From assembly GCA_018400255.1 (NCBI GenBank), contig JAGYMO010000341.1, forward strand, positions 1-44,305: a stretch of DNA of 44,305 nucleotides, in the 5' to 3' direction. Both the position numbers and the translations under genes were made by a program. This document shows, one piece after another, positions 30,471 to 37,976 of the stretch (positions are counted from its first letter, which is position 1; each line of letters begins with the position of its first letter). The DNA is from Deltaproteobacteria bacterium (GTDB taxonomy: Bacteria > Desulfobacterota > DSM-4660 > Desulfatiglandales > B25-G16). The notes beneath the pieces are model-generated. The model was not told the DNA's origin, did no database searches, and saw only the letters and a program-made list of their open reading frames with translations.

Positions 30471-31061
30471 ATGAAAACAAGACAGGTATTCGAAAGATAT
30501 GACAGAACTATTGTTAGCCCTATAACTCCACTCAAATATTGCCCTCAATGTGGCAAAAAATTCGATTTGGTACCCCTGGAAAAAGGCTATCGACTGGAGT
30601 GCAAGAGTTGTAGATTTATCTTATACAAAAATCCCTATCCAGGGGTCGTTGTGTTAATAAATGATCATGAGAAAATATTACTAGGGAAAAGAGCTAAAAA
30701 CGTATTTGAAGGGGGAAAATGGAGCCTTCCCGGAGGTTTCATTGAATTTGAGGAAGATTTTTTATCTGCCGCACACAGGGAAATAATGGAAGAAACCGGG
30801 CTCTCAATAAAAATTACATCAATTTTAAATGTAGTCTCAAACTTTTTTTCCCCGGAATTGCATACTATTGTTATTGTCCTTCTCGCCGAGAAGCAAACTG
30901 GTAAGCCAATACCTGGGGATGACATGGAGGAATTAAGCTGGTTTAGCATTTCAGACCCGCTTCCCGACATGGCATTTGAGGCGGATAAGGAAATAATAAA
31001 CAGGTATTGTAAAACAAAAATAAAAGGCATACCTGTAGACCCTGACTATGCCTTTTTATAA
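30471..31061 (+). CDS. NUDIX hydrolase with N-terminal zinc ribbon
   Basis: Zinc ribbon 'CPQCGKKF...CKSCRF'. Nudix box 'GGFIEFEEDFLSAAHREIMEETGL'. Confidence 0.85.
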   Translation: MKTRQVFERYDRTIVSPITPLKYCPQCGKKFDLVPLEKGYRLECKSCRFILYKNPYPGVVVLINDHEKILLGKRAKNVFEGGKWSLPGGFIEFEEDFLSAAHREIMEETGLSIKITSILNVVSNFFSPELHTIVIVLLAEKQTGKPIPGDDMEELSWFSISDPLPDMAFEADKEIINRYCKTKIKGIPVDPDYAFL

Positions 31062-31120
31062 AACATTTTATCTTATCTCAATTTTTAAAATCCTTAGAAT
31101 TGATTAAGGAGGTAGTTATT

Positions 31121-31924
31121 ATGATACGAGAGCCAATAGTAGCGAACCAATTCTATCCCGGAATAGAAAAAAACCTTAAAGAAGACATTGCCAAAAGGCT
31201 TCTAAACAGAGAAAAAAGAGAAAGAGTACTTGCCTTAATAGCCCCTCATGCCGGCTATGTATATTCCGGAAACGTTGCGGGCGCAGTTTATTCCAAGGCA
31301 GAAATCACAGATGATGTTATAATTATGGGCCCCAACCATCATGGAATAGGCAATCCATTTGCAGTTATGGGGAATGGGGAATGGAAAATGCCCGGTGGCA
31401 ACATACAAATAAATGAAAGACTTGCCAGCCTCCTGGTCGAAGAATCAAAATGGTTATCTTCCGACAACCAGGCTCATATTCAAGAGCATTCAATTGAGGT
31501 ACAATTGCCATTCATTCAATATGTTAACCCACACATTGAATTTGTCCCAATAGTCTTTGGCAGGGCGGATTTTGAGGTATGCCAGGAAATAGGGTTATCT
31601 ATCGCAAGAGCAATAAATAGATATGGAAAACCTGTTGTCATAGTCTCTAGCACTGATATGACACATTATGAATCCCAGGAAAGCGCTAAGCAAAAAGATA
31701 AATTGGCCATAGATAAAGTCCTTGCATTAGACCCTGCTGGTCTTCTTGAAACAGTCAGTAATAATAACATATCTATGTGTGGCGTAATCCCAACAACAAT
31801 AACGTTAGTTGCGGCCATAGAGCTCGGGGCCGGAAAAGCAACCCTTATAGATTATGCTACCTCAGGAGATGTTAGCGGAGACTATAGCTATGTTGTAGGT
31901 TATGCAGGCTTTATAATCCAATAA
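31121..31924 (+). CDS. Memo-like protein (AmmeMemoRadiSam system protein B family)
   Basis: Contains 'REPIVANQFYPG', 'APHAGYVYSG', 'HSIEVQLPF' and 'STDMTHY'. ATG at 31121 follows AGGAGG; the ORF extends to a TTG at 31100. Confidence 0.85.
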   Translation: MIREPIVANQFYPGIEKNLKEDIAKRLLNREKRERVLALIAPHAGYVYSGNVAGAVYSKAEITDDVIIMGPNHHGIGNPFAVMGNGEWKMPGGNIQINERLASLLVEESKWLSSDNQAHIQEHSIEVQLPFIQYVNPHIEFVPIVFGRADFEVCQEIGLSIARAINRYGKPVVIVSSTDMTHYESQESAKQKDKLAIDKVLALDPAGLLETVSNNNISMCGVIPTTITLVAAIELGAGKATLIDYATSGDVSGDYSYVVGYAGFIIQ

Positions 31925-32002
31925 ATTTCCTTTTAATAAACATCATTACATATTTTTAATGCACTATTAGTAGAGGCATTTTTGAATTATTACCATTAAA
32001 TG

Positions 32003-33250
32003 CTACATTCCAAATTTCACATGCACCTCTTTAACAAACATATATACTATTGCCCCTATGGCAGTGGCAAAAAAACATAACCCGAACGCAAAGGAAAAGG
32101 CCTCAGGGGGAAGCTGTCCTTGAAAAGGTGGAAATTTTTCAATAATTACGCCCATTACATGCTGAAAAAAGCCGGCCCCGGCCATAGTAAAGAAATTTAC
32201 TGCACTCATAGCGGTTCCGCTAATAGCAACAGGTAACAATTCCTTAATACTTGCATACATAATCATACTGGAGGAATTCAAGAAGCCCATAAAGAAAAAC
32301 ATTGCCCCCAACATTAAAAGAGAAGGCTTTTGGACAAAGCCTGTCAAAGGGAAGATAAAAATACTATAAAGAGACATGGCAGCCGCTGCTACAACCTTTC
32401 TATTTTTGAACACCTTGTCAGATAGAGCGCCTATAATAGGACCTCCTATAATAAAACCTAACGGGAACAACATCAGGAATTCTCCCCTGTCAATAAGGGA
32501 GATCTGGTGAACATGTTCCAGATAAGGACCAGCCCAAAGGCCGGCTATGGAAACATATGTTCCGTATCTAGCAAAGGCAGATATTGCTATAAGCCAAAAA
32601 GACGGAAGCCTAACAACAGACAGTATGCCACCTAACGACTCCTTCAGTAAGTTCTCCTTAGATAACAAAGGTGAATCCATGTCCTTAGGTTTATTCGGAT
32701 CATCATTCACTATAATATATACAAGGCTAGTAATAATGAGATGGACAAGAGCTATTAAAAGAAAGGCGTTTCTCCACCCCATTAAACCTACGGCAAATGC
32801 AAGAGGTGCCGTCGCCAGGATATTTCCCAATGTACCGATGGACAGTATAACGCCTGAGATGGTAGTAAAGGCATACGGGGAAAACCAAATAGAGATAAGT
32901 TTATAGGTACCCATAAGCGCACATGCCATACCTACCCCTATTAAGGCCCTGCCAATTAATGCCATTAAAAGTGAATTTGAAAGGGCAAAAACTACTGCAC
33001 CAACTATCCCAAGGCTTGAAAGGAACAATATCAGCCTCCTGGCTCCAAAGATGTCTAGAGCTGCTCCCATTGGAATCTGAACCAAGGCAAACGCATAGAA
33101 AAAAATAGAGCTTAAAAACCCCATGTCTTCGGCGGTAAGCGAAAGGTCGCGCATAAGATCAGATGCAATCACAGCGGAAGTAACCCTATAAAACTGAGAG
33201 AGCAGAAACAAAAGTGCAAGGGGAGATAACATCAAAATTTTTTTATTCAT
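32003..33250 (-). CDS. MFS transporter
   Basis: 415 aa, about 12 hydrophobic segments. The loop motif 'GAALDIFGARR' resembles MFS motif A. Confidence 0.8.
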   Translation of the reverse strand: MNKKILMLSPLALLFLLSQFYRVTSAVIASDLMRDLSLTAEDMGFLSSIFFYAFALVQIPMGAALDIFGARRLILFLSSLGIVGAVVFALSNSLLMALIGRALIGVGMACALMGTYKLISIWFSPYAFTTISGVILSIGTLGNILATAPLAFAVGLMGWRNAFLLIALVHLIITSLVYIIVNDDPNKPKDMDSPLLSKENLLKESLGGILSVVRLPSFWLIAISAFARYGTYVSIAGLWAGPYLEHVHQISLIDRGEFLMLFPLGFIIGGPIIGALSDKVFKNRKVVAAAAMSLYSIFIFPLTGFVQKPSLLMLGAMFFFMGFLNSSSMIMYASIKELLPVAISGTAMSAVNFFTMAGAGFFQHVMGVIIEKFPPFQGQLPPEAFSFAFGLCFFATAIGAIVYMFVKEVHVKFGM

Positions 33251-33553
33251 TATTATCCCTACTAATCAATGATAAAATAATATTTATAACGCCTACCTGT
33301 ATGGAGAGGTTTAGAAAAAAACTATATGCCCCGCCTGGCTGTCTTTTCAAATCTTCTTTTTAGAATAATGCCCTTCAAAACACTTTCCTGATGATAGTCT
33401 TTTTTTTGCCTTATGTTTAAATCGCTTTTATTTGCTCTATTACAATCCATATCCTTTTTTATGTATTTTGCCTGCAAAGCCGCTCATTACTATCGCTAAA
33501 AAGAGCAATGCCATAGGCGCACGTGTTATACGTTTATGAATAAGCATCAAGGC

Positions 33554-34390
33554 TCAATACTCAAGTATTAAGCCTACCCCAACTTCCTTGATATTAGAAA
33601 CCTTTGACAGCTCAATCTTCGATTTAAGGTCTGTGCAATGACATGCATGAACTGATTCAGGGCGAAGAGATTTAAAATACTGTGAAGTTCCTTCCATCTG
33701 CTCTTTAGAAGGCTTCAGCAAATGAAATCCACCTATGACATCAATAACTCTTTTGTCTCCACATATCTTTTTTGCGTATTCTACAATATTGCAGATTCCG
33801 GCATGAGAGCACCCTGTTATTATGATTAATCCATTAGGCGTTTTATAGGCTAAAGCGGAATCATCATAGAGGAAATCATCCTTTTCAACACCGTTTTCAA
33901 GGACTTTTCCTATTGTGTTCTTAGTCTCAAAGTCATGAAATCTATCAATTTCGCCTAAAAAGATCAAACGTTCTGTCAAATTAATGGGCTCTTTGCTTAA
34001 TTTAAGATTAAAATACCCGGAAAGCTTATCTTCCGTCAGCAGGGAGCCTATTTCAGGCAAATTATCAATTTTTTTTGTTAAAAATGTCAATGGATGAGCT
34101 ACAAGGGTGGGCTTATTTACCTTTAATCCTTCTATCATCCCTTCAGTGTAAAGCCTCAAAAGCGGCATAAGTCCCCAGGTATGATCCAAATGGCCATGAG
34201 ACAGAACCAAGAAGTCCACATCGAGCAGATCAATGGCAAGTTTTTTTGCGTTCATTATAAATGCGTCTGAATAGCCCACATCAAATAAAATCTTCTTGCC
34301 TTCTTCCTCAATGAGATAGGAAACTCCCGGCTCACCAATGAAATACCTGTCAATAAGCGTATTATTGTCAATGAGCACTGTTAATTTCAT
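33554..34390 (-). CDS. MBL-fold metallo-hydrolase
   Basis: Contains 'LSHGHLDHTWG'. ATG at 34390 follows GGAGG; the ORF extends to 34450. Confidence 0.82.
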   Translation of the reverse strand: MKLTVLIDNNTLIDRYFIGEPGVSYLIEEEGKKILFDVGYSDAFIMNAKKLAIDLLDVDFLVLSHGHLDHTWGLMPLLRLYTEGMIEGLKVNKPTLVAHPLTFLTKKIDNLPEIGSLLTEDKLSGYFNLKLSKEPINLTERLIFLGEIDRFHDFETKNTIGKVLENGVEKDDFLYDDSALAYKTPNGLIIITGCSHAGICNIVEYAKKICGDKRVIDVIGGFHLLKPSKEQMEGTSQYFKSLRPESVHACHCTDLKSKIELSKVSNIKEVGVGLILEY

Positions 34391-34981
34391 CGTAATTTTC
34401 CTCCTGTACAAAATAATAGCGACAAATAAAGAACAAAAGCGCACAAGCACAAAAATATCTGCCTCTTTCTCCTCTTCCTAAACTATTACATATTATAGCC
34501 AGACCTCCCTGCCTTCATATAGTTCATCGAAATGACTTGAAAGAGCACCTTAAAAAAACAGTTTTAACCTTTATTTGCATAGCCATATAGTTATTTATTA
34601 TCTGATACAAAAAAACCACTAATAAAACATCCGTAAATTATTGGACATAATGACTCACCTGTACTATTCTAATAGTTATGCTAAAATAAAAATTCTCATA
34701 TGGATAAATAAAATAACAATAGAAATACTTTGCCTTATAACACATTAATTGGTAGTGTTACATTAATGGAAGATTACGAATCGATAAAAAAACCTTGCTA
34801 CTACACCTTCCCAAATCCCTTATAAAAAACCAATGCCACAGGAAAACATCTGGTATTTGCAATTGGCAAAACGTGGCATTGTTAACAACCAAAAATTATC
34901 ATTTTTAAAGACTGAACAAAACTATTTATTTAGTGCTTTGTTGCACAATATACTCGCACAAATTTCAGAAGGAGAAAATAG

Positions 34982-36022
34982 ATGAGAGTGATTGATTTAC
35001 GCAGTGACACTGTTACACTGCCAACCCGGGAAATGCGAGAGGCAATTTATCATGCCGAGCTAGGTGATGATGTGTATGGTGAAGACCCATCAACAAAACG
35101 CCTCGAGGAAATGGCAGCAGACATCACTGGAAAAGAAGCAGCATTGCTTGTTCCCAGCGGTACAATGGCAAACTTGACCTGTGTGCTTACTCATTGTGCC
35201 CGTGGCGAAGAGGTGATTCTTGGCGATAAATCCCACATATTTTTAAATGAGGCTGGAGGTATCTCAGCCCTTGGAGGTGCGCAGGTACATACTATCTACA
35301 ATCAGCCGGATGGAAGTATGCTCCTAAAAGACATCGAGGCGGCTATCCGTAACGATAATATACATTACCCACGTACAAGATTGGTTTGTATAGAGAATAC
35401 CCATAATAGATGTAATGGTTCGCCTCTGAGCCCTGATTATGTAAATTCTGTGGTAGAACTTGCCAAAAATTATGGCCTCTCGGTACATCTAGATGGAGCT
35501 CGAATATTTAATGCTGCTATAGCCTTAGGAGTAACAGTTGAAAAATTAACTCATGGTGTTGACTCAATCATGTTCTGCCTTTCTAAAGGTCTCTCGGCGC
35601 CAATAGGCTCAATTATTTGTGGTTCCCATAAATTTATTTCTAAGGCAATTCGGACTCGTAAGATATTAGGGGGAGGCATGCGCCAAACCGGCATTATTGC
35701 AGCGGCAGGTATTATATCCCTTGAACAAATGGTGGAAAGATTATCGGAAGACCATATTAATGCGTATAAATTGGCCGAGGGTATTGCACAAATAGCAGGC
35801 TTATCAATAGATGTTTCAAAAATAAAGACCAACATTTTATATTTTGACCTTACAAATCATCACCTAAATACGGATGATTTAGTGAAAAAATGTGGCCAAA
35901 AAGGTCTTATGTTTTTGCCCACAGGTCAATCACGTTTTCGTATGGTAACTCATTATGGCATTACCTCAGAGGATATTGACGACTCGTTAGCTACTCTACG
36001 TGATGTAATGGGTGCGGAATAG
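34982..36022 (+). CDS. ltaE: Low-specificity L-threonine aldolase
   Basis: Contains 'DLRSDTVTLPT', 'GDDVYGEDPS', 'VPSGTMANL' and the PLP-Lys context 'CLSKGLSAPIGS'. Confidence 0.88.
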   Translation: MRVIDLRSDTVTLPTREMREAIYHAELGDDVYGEDPSTKRLEEMAADITGKEAALLVPSGTMANLTCVLTHCARGEEVILGDKSHIFLNEAGGISALGGAQVHTIYNQPDGSMLLKDIEAAIRNDNIHYPRTRLVCIENTHNRCNGSPLSPDYVNSVVELAKNYGLSVHLDGARIFNAAIALGVTVEKLTHGVDSIMFCLSKGLSAPIGSIICGSHKFISKAIRTRKILGGGMRQTGIIAAAGIISLEQMVERLSEDHINAYKLAEGIAQIAGLSIDVSKIKTNILYFDLTNHHLNTDDLVKKCGQKGLMFLPTGQSRFRMVTHYGITSEDIDDSLATLRDVMGAE

Positions 36023-36105
36023 GCAACAATTAATCGTTGCTTTTGTGGGATACATAATCAGGCTAAAAATTCAGCTTGTAAAAAGACAGTATAAAGGAAT
36101 TTTTT

Positions 36106-36840
36106 GTGAACAAAAAAATAAACAATCTCCTTGTATCTCTCATTTGTTTAATAACAGCTCCCTTTTCTTCTCATGTAGAAGCAGAGATATTGGATCATAA
36201 TATAAAAAACATTGCAGATGGCTTTTTTTTGACTGCTACGTTTTCTTTGGGCTGATTTTGGGGACCTGATTCCCGGTTCGGGGCTATCGATGGTGTTATC
36301 AGGACACGAGTGGGATATACAGGGGGAGATAAAAAGAACCCTACGTATTACAACTTAGGTGATCACTCTGAGGCTCTGCAAATTGATTATAATCCGACTA
36401 AAATTTCTTATGAAAGATTGCTGACTATTTTTTGGAAAACCCATGACCCTGGCATAAGACCAATGTCAAGGCAATATTGGCCTGCAATTTTTTATCATAA
36501 TGAGGAGCAAGAAAGGCTGGCCTTTAAAGCAAAAAAATTTGAAGAGATTAAAGCAAAAGGGGAAATTTATACTAAAATATTTCCTTTAACTAGATTTTAC
36601 TTAGCGGAAAACTATCACCAAAAATATATGGTCAGGCATCATACCGAAATTATTGAGCAACTTGAAGCAATATACCCTTCTGCCGAAGAATTTATAAATT
36701 CAACACTTGTAGCCCGCATAAATGCCTATCTCGGCGGCTTCATGGCGCTTGAAGAGCTTCAATCACAGATACGTATTTATGGCCTTTCAAAACAAAGAAC
36801 AGAGAATTTGCTTCGCGCCATAAGCAAGGCCAAAAAATGA
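36106..36840 (+). CDS. msrA: Peptide-methionine (S)-S-oxide reductase MsrA, candidate selenoprotein (TGA 36253-36255 read as Sec), with predicted signal peptide
   Basis: The computed ORF (36310-36840) starts at 'VGYTGG', downstream of the active site. The same frame upstream reads 'ATFSLG-TGA-FWGPDSRFGAIDGVIRTR', so TGA replaces the Cys of the MsrA 'GCFWG' motif. The frame stays open back to GTG 36106, 6 nt after 'aaaggaa', giving 'NKKINNLLVSLICLITAPFSSHVEA'. Confidence 0.65.
36265..36303 (+). promoter_or_regulatory. Candidate bacterial SECIS-like stem-loop downstream of the in-frame UGA
   Basis: Outer stem cctgat (36265-36270) / atcagg (36298-36303). Inner hairpin (u)cccg-guu-cggg(g) at 36271-36283, with its apical GUU loop about 20 nt after the UGA. 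Confidence 0.35.
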
Positions 36841-36851
36841 GCTATATTTAA

Positions 36852-36889
36852 CCCAGATTATGCAGCGGATGGCTACTGCATAATCTGGG
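36852..36889. repeat. Palindromic hairpin element, family 3, copy 1 (downstream of msrA)
   Basis: Perfect 14-bp stem cccagattatgcag/ctgcataatctggg with a 10-nt loop. Shares the 'ttatgcag...ctgcataatct' core with 40049-40088. No T-run follows. Confidence 0.8.
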
Positions 36890-37003
36890 ATAAACATATG
36901 TCACGATATCTAGAAAGATACTGCATGTCTGAGGCTTTAGAAAACATCATATCAATTGTCCATCCTGACCTAAAAAAGTAACAAAAATTAGAAAACAGCA
37001 ACC

Positions 37004-37032
37004 TTGACAACCTTTCTCTATAGTGTTAATTT
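37004..37032 (+). promoter_or_regulatory. Candidate sigma70 promoter of glyQS
   Basis: TTGACA (37004-37009), 17-nt spacer, TAATTT (37027-37032). Confidence 0.4.
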
Positions 37033-37071
37033 CCCACCACAATTTAGTCTAACATGAAATTGAGGATCTTT

Positions 37072-37944
37072 ATGACATTTCAAGAATTGATTATGTCTCT
37101 AGAAAAATTTTGGGCCCGGCAAGGCTGTGTTATTCAACAGCCATATGATATTGAAGTAGGGGCAGGCACTTTCCACGTTGCAACTCTTCTTAGGGTTATA
37201 GGCCCTGAACCATGGTCTGTTGCCTATGTTCAACCTTCAAGAAGACCAACAGATGGCAGATATGGAGAAAACCCAAACCGGCTTGGTCACTACTATCAAT
37301 ATCAAGTCATTTTGAAGCCGTCCCGCTTAGATATACAGGATTTGTATTTAGAAAGCCTTAGGGAGCTTGGAATAGATCCCTTAGAACATGACATAAGATT
37401 CGTGGAAGATGACTGGGAATCTCCCACTCTTGGAGCGTGGGGTGTGGGCTGGGAGGTATGGCTCGATGGTATGGAAATTACACAGTTTACATATTTTCAA
37501 CAAGCTGGTGGTATTGATTTAGACCCAATCCCTATTGAAATAACATACGGGCTAGAAAGAATTTCCATGTATCTGCAGGATAAAGAAAATGTCTATGATA
37601 TTATGTGGAATGATACAATTACATATGGTCATGTGCACAAGACCGGTGAAAGGGAGGGATCCGTTTATAATTTTGAACTGGCAGATGTGGAAATGCTTTT
37701 TTCCCTATTTAATATGTACGAACGTGAATCAAAAAGAATCAGTGAGAAGGGTATTGTTTTGCCGGCATATGACTATTGCCTGAAGTGTTCCCATATATTT
37801 AATATATTGGACGCAAGAGGCGCTATAAGCGTAACAGAGAGAACATCCTTCATTGGAAGAATAAGAGAACTGGCGAATTTATCAGCTAAGAATTACCTTA
37901 AACAGAGGGAAGAGCTTAGCTTTCCCTTACTAAAAAAACTATAA
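37072..37944 (+). CDS. glyQ: Glycine--tRNA ligase alpha subunit
   Basis: Contains '[18 protein letters not shown]', '[18 protein letters not shown]' and '[10 protein letters not shown]'. ATG at 37072 follows 'gagga'; the ORF extends to 37054. Confidence 0.95.
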   Translation: MTFQELIMSLEKFWARQGCVIQQPYDIEVGAGTFHVATLLRVIGPEPWSVAYVQPSRRPTDGRYGENPNRLGHYYQYQVILKPSRLDIQDLYLESLRELGIDPLEHDIRFVEDDWESPTLGAWGVGWEVWLDGMEITQFTYFQQAGGIDLDPIPIEITYGLERISMYLQDKENVYDIMWNDTITYGHVHKTGEREGSVYNFELADVEMLFSLFNMYERESKRISEKGIVLPAYDYCLKCSHIFNILDARGAISVTERTSFIGRIRELANLSAKNYLKQREELSFPLLKKL

Positions 37945-37976
37945 TTTTAACGTTTATTTGAGATGGTTTACAGAAA

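Noticed and set aside
31949-31975. Weak hairpin aatgc-N13-gcatt followed by TTTT, as a possible terminator after the Memo-like gene.
   Set aside because: A 5-bp AT-rich stem with a 13-nt loop is too weak to call.
33440-33547. 35-aa minus-strand ORF ('MLIHKRITRAPMALLFLAIVMSGFAGKIHKKGYGL') starting 6 nt after the MBL-fold gene stop; a possible small membrane peptide.
   Set aside because: It has no clear SD and is too short to evaluate from sequence alone, so I do not call it as a feature.
34451-34981. Glycine or other riboswitch upstream of ltaE.
   Set aside because: No conserved glycine-riboswitch core sequences are recognisable. Only the local inverted repeats, reported separately, are present.
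36012-36200. 62-aa ORF overlapping the ltaE end and the msrA leader.
   Set aside because: It has low-complexity composition and no SD. It lies in a different frame across the better-supported msrA signal-peptide region.
36310-36840. msrA as a 5'-truncated pseudogene, or a short ORF starting at GTG 36310.
   Set aside because: The upstream frame is intact and homologous through the active-site motif. The only interruption is a TGA exactly at the catalytic Cys codon, so Sec recoding explains it better. This is still unproven without sel genes or SECIS validation.
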